From: Squalus acanthias
Taxonomy: Eukaryota
Length of the DNA: 64,000 nt
Reading direction: 5' to 3'
Assembly: GCA_030390025.1 (NCBI GenBank)
Contig: CM059438.1
Location: 70,682,001-70,746,000, forward strand
Position numbers and translations under genes: made by a program. This document shows positions 24,580 through 36,757 of this stretch, in pieces (position 1 is the stretch's first letter; the number at the start of each line of letters is the position of its first letter). The notes under the pieces are model-generated. The model saw only the letters and a list, made by a program, of their open reading frames with translations. It was not told where the DNA came from and searched no databases.

Positions 24580-26333
24580 AGTGGTGGCGGGATGGCGGCG
24601 GGAGAGCTGGTTGCCGGGTGCCGGTTCCGCTCCCGTCTGCAGCCGCTCTGTCAAAGGGATTTTCCCTTGATTCGCCTTGTTAAGCCCACCCTGCGGGCTT
24701 CCCGGCCAATTCACAGGAAGCGGGTCTGATGATGTCATTTGATGACGCGCCATCAGCCGGTTTCCTTAAAGGGACCGCGGCCACGTTGAGTTTGATAGTT
24801 GTTTTGTCAGTGTTTGACAGCATTGAGGTGCTGCAAACACTGACAAGCACTGCACAAAGGTGGACACTTGCACCCAGGCTCTCCAATCGCTCCCTCCATA
24901 TGCTTATGGAGGGAGTCATAGCACGCAGGGAGGTTCTCTTCCCTTCCAAGGGCAGAAGAGACCTCCCCAGGACACCAACGCAGCCTGGTTGCATATTGCA
25001 CAGGAGGGCAAAAGCAGGGATGTCGTCAGGGGTGTCTCGCTGCAGTGGTACCAACCTTTCAATGATCTCAGTGGATCACGAAAAGTTACTGCAAAGCCAC
25101 ATTCAAGCTCACTCTGCTATGCTACTCAACACATCCCCATCACTCTGCCTTCCATACCCTTCTCCTTCACATCCTTACTCACACCAACTTACCTTGCACC
25201 TCCACCCATCCCTCTCTATCTACATTATCACTTCCCCATCTCACTAGCCACCCCTCACACTCACCCTCATCCTACTGCAAGCATACCAACTAACAACACA
25301 CAAGGTTAGGCACTTGAGAGGTTTAGCCAATGTCCATGTGAAGTTTCTGGTAATGTTTTGTCATACAGTGAAATCTATATTGTCAACACTGCCCTATTGG
25401 ACAGTTCTGTGCGCACCTTGAGAAGTGTCTTACTGAGTTCCAGTGAATGTTGAGACATAACTTCCCCCCCCCCCCCCCCCCCCACTATAGTGATGAGTGT
25501 GCATGGAATGGCTTGGACATTAAAGGGATGCTTTACGGTGCAGCTGTGGGATGGTGTCAACCTGCCGCTTCATGTGGCAGCCAGGGTTTACAGCGTCAAG
25601 TGAAGTAAATCTGGCCATAGTGATGCCATCGCTGGCCTCCCGGGCAGCAATGTTGTTAGGGGCTGATGCCCTGTGTCCAGTGCAGCATCAGGTGATGGCG
25701 GAGAAGGTTGGTGATGTTGGTGTGCCTGGTGATGTTGGTGTTGGGGCTGATCGTGGAAGGATTCAGAGGGCCAAGGTCTGATTTTTTCAAGGGCACCGAT
25801 GTTGCTGCAATAGATGGCAGGTGAGATGACAGAAGCGATCTGTCAATGGTGAGAGAGGTTGTTCCAATGAGGTGGCACTGGACATACAATTGGCTCTAAA
25901 CACTTGCAAGCTAAAGAAATCTCTATATGTCTTACAAATGCAGTAACCAACAGTTTCTGCGCTCTGAAACTGACCATCTGCAACATGGCATCCTTTACAC
26001 CACTTCTGCAGCTGTCAGCTTATCAGATACATCAGAGCAGACTCAACTCATGACAGGGTGAGCTGGTGTGTTCCCTGAGCAGCGGGTAACCCATGGGGGA
26101 GCACGTAAAATTGGAAGGAAGCCTCAAAATACCATTAAATTGGCTGTTAACAAGCCATTTAATGATCTCAATTGTCTCCCCCACTGCTCGGTGTTGGGTC
26201 AGTTCTCCGCTGACAGACCTGACACCTGGGAGACTCGCGTGGAGGCAGGTTTCCTACCCGCTGTCAATCTTTGCTATTTTGACAGCGGACGCGCCTCCAA
26301 ACCCGCCCTCTGAGCGCTGGCAAAATTCTGGCC
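24580..26333. mobile_element. Internally deleted PIF/Harbinger transposon with a Myb/SANT remnant (+, about 24860-25085) and a possible transposase C-terminal remnant (-, about 25600-25700)
   Basis: APRLSNRSLHMLMEGVIARREVLFP / KRPPQDTNAAWLHIAQE..FNDL. The right end GCAAAATTCTGGCC is followed by TTA. Confidence 0.7.
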
Positions 26334-26914
26334 TTAATCTTTCACTTCATAAATGCATTTGACTTCTAAAATATGTTTATAAAATAATTATATTAGGTAA
26401 ATTTTGCTAAGCAACTGATTCCCACATTAAATTTAGTGGACAGTTTAATTTCCATATCAATTAAATCTGGTATATTTACTAGATTTGTCACCTCATTAAA
26501 CGACTGCATTTTCCGTCCAGCTTACTTTTATCTTACTCTGCTTCACTTTATTGTAATACTCTCAATGGCAACTTAAATGATCAATAAATTATATTTGAAA
26601 ACAGAAACTGTTGGACTCACTCACTCACAAACACACTGTATCCAAGGCAGCATCCAAACACCTCCACCAGCTCCTACAGACTTGATGACTCCATCGTAGA
26701 ATGATGGGGTTTGTATCAAGAGTTCAATGTTGTGAAGAACCTAAACTGGAAGTTACTGTACAGGAAAAAAGTCATATTACTGTAACTTTAGCCCCAAAAA
26801 TATATTTAAAAAAAATACTGTTTACTTCTGCTGTTTCAAAGTAGTTTTTAAACATTTAAAAATGGAATTATGCAATAAATTGAAATATGAATTGAAAGTA
26901 ACACAGAAAGTGGG

Positions 26915-27230
26915 GATTAATTGTCCTCAAATAATCGTGCCATTAAAATAATTATCTCATGAGTGTTCCCTCTTTAGATGAATGTGGTCTAATACTTTTT
27001 CTTGCATCCTATGACTTATTTTGCTCAAGTTTTTTAGAAGTAGAATCTGATCCCGCACCCACTTAGAACTTTTGGGAATCCCCAAGCAGTCACTGTTGCT
27101 TCAAGGAAATTTGACCTGTATTTACAGCTAAGTAGAATGTGAAATGGCCCTTACTGATTTCAATTGTATACACTACTCTAAACAACCAGTAAGATAGGAT
27201 CAATCCAATTTACAGTGAGCAACAACTTAG
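26915..27230 (+). repeat. About 300-bp direct repeat, copy 2
   Basis: Colinear with 24061-24360. Confidence 0.9.
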
Positions 27231-29180
27231 GAGGTCAACTCCTACTCAATGAAAAAATGAGATGTGAATGAAAGAATTGTAGACCATCGAGTTTGTCACA
27301 GGTTGGAGGATAAATACTTGGGATTATTTTCAGGATGCTATCACTGTTCATCTGAAGGGCTTCAGGAATCATAAGAAAGTCCTTTGGAGGAATAGATTGA
27401 ATGACACAGGGGGGCTTTGTGAGATCCTGGCTGTGTGAGCCATTAGTCGTTGTGACTGGTTCTTGTGGGACACCTATAGAAAGAGAAGAGGAACATGTGT
27501 TAAAATGCTGGGTGCTTGACACCCATTCATATATACTGTATGACATTGTATTGTGAGTTAGTGTCTACTTGCGGGGTATTGAGTGAATGACTAGGGGAAG
27601 AGAAAGAACAGGAAAAATATGATACTAGCTCTAAGCTTTAGGTAGACCTCTGACTTCTCCCTCTTCCAAGAATTGCATGCCACTGATTCCCAGTGTGACC
27701 TTTTCAAAAGAACTCAGGGGCTTAATGTTATGGAGCCATCTTCCCATACATATCGATTCTCTTCTGCCATACATTAGGTTATCCTGAAAGCAGATTTGAG
27801 AGGTTGGAAGTGTCAGGAATTTATCCTGTGACCCCCCTAAGTGGCTATCTTGTGGCTCATTGATGCTGTGAATACATGTACATCGTGCAACTAGATTTTG
27901 TTAGAAGTATTAAGGATGTCAGTGTGGCCAATGTTTCAGGTATAAGTTACAGCAACAATCGATGCCCTACTGCAGAATGAGCATGCATGGTATGTATTCT
28001 GAGGGCTATAAGGCAATCTGAGTGGGAAGAATCAGTTCATGGTGTGTATATTTTGCCCATCTACGTAGTATAAGGTAATGATGAAAGTCCCACATGGTCA
28101 GGTCGCTAAACTTTGTGTGAATTTGTAGGTAGGTCCGCAGGGTGTGGGAAACAATATTGACTTGAAGTGCCATCTCCTCCCATGCACTCTGTACTGCTCT
28201 TGTGTGGGGCAGATGCCTTGAAATGCCAAGCAGAGCATGCTCCGTCTGTCACACTTTTTTCCAGAAGCACCTTAGGCTTACCATTTTCTCTGCTCCATTG
28301 TAGAAATGTTTTCAAATTTTTTGCCCGCCAAAAATGTACTCCCCTTTAAACTGCTGCTGAAGGCCTTTTAATTGTTCAGCGGGGCCAGATATTTCACTGA
28401 GGTGTTACACAGTGAGAGCTTGCTATACATGGATAACATAGCTTGACCCTGGAAGATTCAGTGGCATTAGGCAAGTGTAAACCAAGATCTCCGTTGCCTG
28501 CAGCTGTATACTGTAAAATTGTCACTATTGAGTTTAATCTTCTTGGAAGGTTTATCTCTGGTTATTCACCTATTCCAGGTGATGAAACAAGTTTGAGAGA
28601 ATTTATCATAGTGCAAATCGTATGTGGTCTGTTGGAATAAAGGAATAGATTCAATGTGTTCAATTGGGCTTTTCTTGTTCCATGATTTTCGATGACTTCA
28701 TACACATGACAGTGTTATTAAAATTCAAAATTCTTGCATTCTCAACAAAAAAATACATCTTGATGTCAGCACATTTCAGATTTTTGCACAGGAGTCGGTA
28801 CCTGTTTTGAGCCCCATTGAATAATGAGCAACAACGAATGAATGCAAATTGTACTTGAGTCATTTAGATTTCATCCCTCGTGTATCAGACAGCTCAATAT
28901 TTCAAACCACTGTTACCTCTAGTCTCAAATACTTGAACTGTAGAATTTTTTGCACTCCTTTTTGGCTTTAGGGTAATTAAAGTCAGCACTCGTCCACTGA
29001 ATGGCAGAGAGGCACATTTACACTGGAGAGGTGACTGCCTTCTCTTGATATGACACAGATTGGTTTAGAATACTGTACCATTAGGCGGCAGAGCTGAACG
29101 ATTTGAATAATAAAACGTGAAGGAATCTTTTGGTTTCCACTTGTTGCATTCAGTGGGACTAACATTGCTGAAAATTTTTA

Positions 29181-29850
29181 GGCTTAAAAATTCGGTTGCT
29201 TTGCGCCTCCCGTTACGGGGCGCAAAACAACTAGCGCCCGGGTGCAACGCCGCCAATGCCTCCCACGAAATTGAGCGGGAGGTTAGCACCGGCAGTAACC
29301 GTTCGAGCCCCGCGGCACTGCGCGGCCGGCAATGATGTCATCGCCGTGCACAGCGCCCCGGCCGCGATCTTCGGTAGCGCCCCCTGACTTACCGCCGGAC
29401 GCTAATTAAAGGGAAGGTGCTGGGCGGCCATTTTCGTTGCTGGCCGCCTGCCAGCATCTGCCCCCTCTGCCGTCCCCGGCCTCCTCTGAAGCCCCCCCCC
29501 CCCCGCGGAGTGCCGTCTTTTCTCCGTCAGCCCGGCACTTCTCTTGAGTGCTGGGCTCTTTTGTCGGCACTCCGATCTCTGGTGGCCCAGCTGGGCCCCG
29601 GGTCGCGCTGCACAAGGCCCCTCCCCTTTAAGAAGGGGAGGAAGACCTGTAGTACCGCGGCGAGACCTGCCGCGATATTCACTTGCACCGCCCCAAGAGG
29701 GAGGTGGGGCGCTTCCAATAGCACCCCGCCTCCCTCTTGGGGCACTACCGGTGAATTTCGGCCGCAGGGGCGCTAATTTTTTGGGGCGCTAAAAGTAGCG
29801 CCCTGGCGAAGTTAGCGCCCCAAAAGGGGCGCAACCCAATTTTTTCCCCC
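29181..29850. mobile_element. Harbinger-type MITE, family B copy 2
   Basis: AAAAATTCGGTTGC / GCAACCCAATTTTT ends and TAGCGCC repeats as in 14161-14875. Confidence 0.7.
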
Positions 29851-30571
29851 TAGTGTCTGTGATCATCTACATTTTGGGCCTGCATGTTGTTCTGAGCCAT
29901 TGCACTGAATAAGGACTTGTTTCAGCGCCAGACCTACTTAATGTATTACAGGGATAGGATGAACTTGGGTCGGGATTACTCATAAATCTGACCCATTAGA
30001 TCTGGCCATACATCAGTTTTGAAGTAAGAATTATACTGTACTTACTGCCACTTGAAGGTGACTGAAATACAGTGAACATTTAAAAATAAAAGACCTGGCA
30101 CTGACCCAACAGTCAATGTATTGGTCAGAATGTTACTTGACCTGCTAAATCTAGTGCAATCTGTACCTGAACTCTCCATTATTATTTTTTTGCCAATTAT
30201 TTCTAGTACAAAAGAAGAATCACAAGCATAAACATAACTTACAACACAAACATCTGCTTAAAGTAACACCATTTTAACTATTCATAGCAAGAAGTATGAT
30301 TTGAATTCATTTATGTTTTTAAACCTCAGTCGCTACACTTTCTCCTCGACGCATCCTACGCAAGATTACATCCGTCTCCAAAAGCCACTGCTTCTTTCTC
30401 GTTTGGGGCATTCCGATTCAACGCTATATCAAAAAGTAAAAATAAACCAAAACGTCCTTGGCACACTTCAAAAAAAAAATACTGGGCCCGACATTGCCCG
30501 GTTCATAAAACGGGCGGAAAGCATTTTTTAAACAAAACTTTCAATGAATCAGCTAATGAACCGAGAGGTTA

Positions 30572-30936
30572 TGGCTATCAGGAAAGACTGAACAGGTTGG
30601 GGCTCTTTTCTCTAGAAAAGAGAGGACTGAGCAGTGACCTGATAGAGGCCTTTAAAATTATGAAGGGGTTTGATAGGGTAGACATAGAGAAAATATTTCC
30701 ACTTGTGGGGGAGTCCAAAACTCGGGGTCATAAATATAAGATAGTCACCAATAAATCAAATAAGGAATTCAGGAGAAACTTCTTCACCCAAAGTATGGTG
30801 AGAATGTGGAACTCGTTACCACATGGAGTGGTTGAGGCGAATAACATAGATGCATTTAAGGGGAAGCTAAATAAGTACATGAAGGAGAAAGAAATAGGGA
30901 CCAAATGGCCTGTTTCTGTGCTGTAAATTCTATGTA
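30572..30936 (+). mobile_element. CR1 LINE 3' fragment
   Basis: LGLFSLEKR..DLIEAFKIMKGFD..TRGH..FFTQ..WNSLP. Confidence 0.9.
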
Positions 30937-31149
30937 AATCGGCGGTGTGCACGCCATTCCTAAGACGCAAATCTGAAGTATCTGAATTCATAAGCAGTGT
31001 TGAAAAAGTAACAGCCAAACACAATAAGTAAACAATAATGATCTTCATAGTCTCCTCAAGCAGCTATTGAGCCACTTAACAGCCATCAATTTTGAAAACT
31101 CTAAGAATCCAGCTACGGGGTGTCGAATAGCAGTGTAAAATGGCTAAAT

Positions 31150-31350
31150 GAGGCTAAAGCTAGTTTCAGTGAGGTGGCTCCACAAAAGCAGGTGAATGTG
31201 GTGTGGGGCCAGATTTTCAGAGGGCGAGGACATCCCCCTAATATCCAAAGTAGTTTGGCCGTGTCAGTGAGAGCTGTCTTCTCCACTCAGAGGAGTTGGC
31301 AGAAGGTTTGGAAGAAATTGCACAAGTTAAAGGGAACCACAAAGGAAAGG
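31150..31350 (+). pseudogene. Possible decayed Harbinger Myb/SANT-like remnant
   Basis: KASFSE and VRAVFSTQRSWQKVWKKLHKL resemble the Myb/SANT third helix. Confidence 0.4.
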
Positions 31351-31664
31351 TATAAATATTACCATACAGTAAGAGTACAGGACATATGTACACATGAGGG
31401 AAAGTTCTAGTTGTGAAAAAAATACATGCTGAAATGTATGCAATGAGGTGTGTGGCAAAATAGGAGTTCAGTTACCTTTGTTATGGAGTGGGACGTGGCA
31501 ATGTGGCTGACCCCTAAGATATCCACTATTAGGTCTGAAAGGTAGCATAAACGTTGAGGGCAGTAGTGACCATTCCTGCACCTGGTACAGAATTGCATAT
31601 GTTTGATTGTCCGAACATTTTTCTTGGAGCAAGTTTTCATGGACTGTGTTTAAACTCAACTATC

Positions 31665-31772
31665 TACATGACAACAGTGGAAATACTTCAAAAGCAATTA
31701 ATTGTATATGAAGCACTTTGAGACGACCTGGGGACATGATGAGGTGCTGTATATAAATGCAATTCTTTCTTT
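31665..31772 (+). mobile_element. Deu-SINE/L2 3' tail fragment
   Basis: ACTTCAAAAG..GAAGCACTTTG..TATATAAATGCAATTCTTTCTT. Confidence 0.6.
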
Positions 31773-32084
31773 ACCTCACATTGACTGACTCTGGAATTCA
31801 CACAAGCCAACTCATCCAAATGATATCAGCTCTCACTGTTTAGCCAAAATGTTAACCGTAATTAATTGTAATTCTTGTAATTGTTTATTAATAGAAACAA
31901 TGGCTCCTTAAGAGAATTTTGATGAATTTGCACTAAATTGAATGTATTGTAGGTGCAGATATTGATGATGTCATATTACCAGAATTTATTACATAAATCT
32001 GAAGAAAGTAATACATTTTCTTCATGTTAATAAACATTAAATATGACATAAGTACTACTGAGGCACAAGATGGTGAGTTTGAGT

Positions 32085-32385
32085 CCTACTGCAGGACTTG
32101 GGCACATACTCCAGTGCAGTTACTGCTGTTCTATCCATCAGATAATATGTTAAAACAAGGTCCTATCTGCTTGTTCCAGTGGTTCAGGATGACATTCGAG
32201 ATCCCAGGGCATTATTTGAAGATGAGCAGTGAATTCTCTCGGTGTTCTGGCCAACATTACTTCCTCAACCAAATACCACCTAAAGACCAATTCACCTTGT
32301 GGGTGTTTATGGGACATTGTTGGTGGAGAATGGTTGTCATGTTTGCTCACGTAACAATGGTTGCGGAACTTCAGAGGTAATTCAT
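32085..32385 (+). mobile_element. Diverged Deu-domain SINE
   Basis: TTTGAGTCCTACT head and CATTATTTGAAGATGAGCAG..CTGGCCAACATT blocks, the reverse complement of the 4387-4820 internal blocks. Confidence 0.55.
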
Positions 32386-33184
32386 TGTATACATCACCTT
32401 TCAAAGTGAAAGGCATTAGAAAATGGGATGGTTTTTCTTACATAACTCGGTATTCTTTAAAACCGACCATGATAATCTTGTATATGAATATACTATGCCG
32501 TTTCTTTAAAAAGATTAGTCCATATCAGCAAAGACAAATGTTCACTCCATGCTAGCAACTCTAGCTGTAGAGTATTAGTGATATATTTATACAGCCTGCA
32601 TTGATATCCCAGTCTTGACTGATCTTGGAGTCCGGCTACCCTGGCTGAAAGAACATCACTGGCTTCTACCCAGGTTGTAAGATGGAACATCTTTCAATGA
32701 CTGAGTACTCCACATTGGGAGGGTGAAGAGATGAGAGACAGAAAATTGGCAGGAAATTATAGCAGAGCCTACAAGTACATCTCCTGCGCGGCATTGGTGA
32801 AATCTTGATAGGAGTGAAGTTTATTCAATGGCCCTTCATCTCCTTCTGGCTAAAAGAAGTCATTAAAAGTTTAAGCCATTAAAAACTGAAGGACTTTTTC
32901 AAAAATATGTACACCTTTACCTTCATTCACCTCTGTAAGATGCAATGAGAAAAATACAAAAATATTCTCTGAGCAATCTAACTCAGTTAAATCTTGCTTT
33001 TTTGTGGAAATGATAATTCAATAGTCCGAACAACAAAATGGTTGACCTCTTTCATTTTCTAATTTACAAAAGTTCGCTGGGCAAAGAACTTGCATTTTAT
33101 TTACATCTATCTGAATGAATTCATGTTGTAGCCCAGGAACATTGCTATTGTATGAAGACCACAGAATGCAATATCCTTTTATTT

Positions 33185-33562
33185 TCAGTTTTCACCCATT
33201 TTCTGTCTGAAGGTAATGACTCGCTGGGAAATTAATCCACATGCTCCATCTGTCTCCAGTATCTTACCCAAGTGGCCATAATTCATGTGTCAGCGTGTTA
33301 ACTGTTGGAGACATCGCAGCTGAATCCGATTGTGTCCTCAATTGACATTCACATCTGCACACTTTCCAGCAACTGCATAGAAGGGACTTTGGCTGATTTG
33401 TCCTCTTCCTGGCCCAAGGTTATAGAGGCCAAGTGTAGCATCCATACTGCAACCCTGGCTGAAATCAGCTAACTCAACACAGATCCGGGGCTGAACGTGG
33501 GACTTTCCCAGTTTGCATGGCACACATACCAAGTGATGCCTTTACCCGCTAAACCATCTGGG
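33185..33562 (-). mobile_element. SINE family B copy
   Basis: GAAATCAGCTAACTCAACACAGA and GAGGCCAAGTGTAGCATCC blocks. Confidence 0.55.
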
Positions 33563-35892
33563 CAGCTGCTCATAGAGCACAATTCAGTCATAAATTTTGG
33601 TCACCATTTACCTCCTGACACATTCTCATACACAAATCTGTGCTCAAGCCTGGAAATGGAGAAGCTTTGTTACATTTAATAGTTTCACTAGTTTTTGTCC
33701 AGCTGAGTAATATTATTCATGCTAAACCTGCGTGCAACTCATTTGACTTGTTTTTTTTGTTAAATTAGGTCATTAGTTATTGTACCTTGTTGAGAGGTGA
33801 TTATATAGCTGAAGACAGGAAGATCCTGTTGCAAGCACTTTCATTGGGGAGCAGGAAGTGCTGTAATGATTTCCTCTACTTCTTCATTACCAAACTTTAT
33901 TTATGCACTCGTACATGAAAAAATAATTCAGCAACTCAAATGACCATTTCTAGTAGAGGATCTGTTTGCAACAAGGACTTCCTGTCCATTATTACAATCA
34001 TTGCCTCCAAAGAAGAGGTCAAAATGGTGACATCCTTATATTCTCAAAAAAAAACAGATGGGCTGCATGCAATTTCCATGTGGAAAAAAATTATTTCGTT
34101 GAGTTTCTGAAGGCACGGCAACATAACGTTTTTTTTTTTTAAAGCAATTTACATCAGTACTTACACAGGGATGGAGCATTTTGAGGTTATTGTGTCTGCT
34201 ATTTGGTACCAAAATATCAGCTGTCTAGTTCAAGTGATGTGCTTGGCTGTGTTGACAGGTTGTATTAATCATAAGCTCTTGTGTACAATTTACCTTTTGC
34301 CAGCATCTTCAGCTCTGATATGAGATTCACGCTTAATAAATTCCAAACCAAGATGTATGGCAGCCCCTTATTATTAAGGCTCTGTTATAACACTATCTCT
34401 GTTGTGAAGCTACTGGGCTTTGATTCTTGACTTATTCAAGGTAGTTTTTGTTTTGTTTCCTGTACTCTGGGCGATTCGCTGTAGCAAGCAACTCGTGATA
34501 ATACTCAAAATGCTTGGCTCCCAAGAACTGTGTTATGATGAGGATGGGATATATTTTGAAAAAAAATGAAAGCTTATATTTGTTAGTGCCAGCAAGATTA
34601 CTCAGTTGGACGCGAATACTGGTCCAGTATTGACACATAAACTCTCAGCCCACACACAGCTAAAGTTTAGGGCTAGTTACCCTTTTAAGTATATCTCTAC
34701 AAATTGTTATGCAACGATAGTCACCTTTATTTACAAAGGTAACTTTGCAGTCACCACAGAACACTTGGTGGTTGCAAAACTTAACACTGGATGCAACACA
34801 CTGCAGCACTAGGAGTAGCAGAACAGATGTTTTCGATAACTTCTCTCCCCTTTGGGGGTGATTCGTTTTCATAAAGGGAGCCTCCAGGTTTTAGCTTAAC
34901 AAACATGTGAAGGTTAAATTTTCAAATCACTGCAATCTGAATGAACTCGAAGAAGAAACGCATCCATTAAGTGAGTTTGGTTAAAGCTTTATTAAAAACA
35001 GCAAAGCAACAAGTCCCACGTTTGCCAGCAGATTAACGTGCTGTAATGTAGATAAATCATGATAATTAGGACGGTAAATACATCCTTTCAGAAGTTGATA
35101 CTACTTTCTCAATTGTGGCTTTTTTTCTGTTGGCAGAGCTGCTGCACGAAAAGGTCTGCTCCACCAGTCAGACTTTAATAACCAATGGATTTATGGCCTC
35201 TTGTTTTTACTTTCAATGAACCCATGCTGAGAATACTGAAAATATCTAGCACATTTTTAGTGCTATTACAATTTTTGGATCCTTTTTTTTTAAACGAGCC
35301 CATCATTCAGAAGGTACATTGGGGTAAACTTCCATTTTCACTGCCTGGGTGGTGAAGATCAAAATTTACCCCATTGTCTTTGACACAATGTAGGATACAG
35401 AGCTATGATTGCCACTCATCCGGGTTTGAACGGGGTAGCCCGGCGATGCAAACCTGACACCAAAATTCTGATTTTTAAATCCAAAGTCCATGCCTGTTCC
35501 ATATGATGCGGAGATACTAATTATTGAGGTTATTGCTGTTATGAAATAAAGTGTTATCATCAGGGCGCAAGCATCACCGTATCCTGTCCCTTTTCTGGTT
35601 TTGGACTTGGTAAAACATGGCAGCGCTCATAAAGCTAGTATTTATTTGTCCACCATAGGTAGTGGGTGTAGAAATGGAATACATCTGTTGTAGAATTAGC
35701 ACAAAGCTTCTAGCGTGTAATTAGTATTAGTTATTATGTGGTGTCAACTCTGAGGCACGTATCTGTAACTTGTTTCCATGGCATTGAATGGCTGTGTTAT
35801 AGACAGACTCGACTGTACTCGCACATTAAAAAGTAGAGTAAGTGGATAAAAATTGTGAAGTTATGTCACGGTTTCTGCCGATCTTAAACCAA

Positions 35893-36757
35893 AGTGTGCG
35901 GGAAGTGTATCCAGCTGCAGCTACTGACAGCCCGCATTGCGGCGCTGGAGCTGCGGCTGGATGCATATTGGAGCATTCGCGATGCTGAGAACCTCGTGGA
36001 TAGCACGTTTAGTGAGTTGGTCACACCGCAGGTGAAGGGTGTACAGGCAGGAAGGGAATGGGTGACCACCAGGCAGAGTAGGAGGTGCAGGCAGGTAGTG
36101 CAGGGGTCCCCTGTGGCCATCCCCCTCTCAAACAGATATACCGCTTTGGATACTGTTGGGGGGGATGACTTAGGGGAAGGCAGCAGCAGCCAACTTTCTG
36201 GCACCATGGGCGGCTCTGCTGCACAGGCTGGGAGGAAAAAGAGTGGAAGAGCTATAGTGATAGGGGACTCAATTGTAAGGGGAATAGATAGGCGTTTCTG
36301 CGGCCGCAACCGAGACTCCAGGATGGTGTGTTGCCTCCCTGGTGCAAGGGTCAAGGACGTCTCGGAGCGGCTACAGAACATTTTGGAGGGGGAGGGCGAA
36401 CAGCCAGTTGTCGTGGTGCACATAGGCACCAACGATATAGGTAAAAAAGGGGATGAGGTCCTAAAAGCAGAATATAGGGAGTTAGGAGGTAAATTAAAAA
36501 ATAGGACCTCAAAGGTAGTAATCTCAGGATTGCTACCAGTGCCACGTGCTAGTCAGAGTAGAAATAGGAGGATATTTCAAATGAATACGTGGCTAGAGGA
36601 ATGGTGCAAGGGGGAGGGATTCAAATTCCTGGGACATTGGAACCGGTTCTGAGGGAGGTGGGACCAGTACAAACCGGACGGTCTGCACCTGGGCAGGGCC
36701 GGGACCGCTGTCCTAGGGGGAGTGTTTGCTAGTGCTGTTGGGGAGGATTTAAACTAA
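35893..36757 (+). pseudogene. CR1 ORF1 (zinc-finger/leucine-zipper remnant plus SGNH/GDSL esterase domain), one premature TGA at 36650-36652
   Basis: CGKC..LELRL, IVIGDSIVR, LPGA and HIGTND; the read-through frame gives DGLH and ends at TAA 36755-36757. Confidence 0.9.

Noticed and set aside
24061..27230. LTR retrotransposon bounded by the 300-bp direct repeats
   Set aside because: No TG..CA termini, PBS/PPT, TSD or gag/pol remnants were seen; the interior is a Harbinger remnant.
27700..28130. Very old Harbinger transposase remnant (VANVSGISYS-like peptide)
   Set aside because: The similarity is too weak to support without a profile search.
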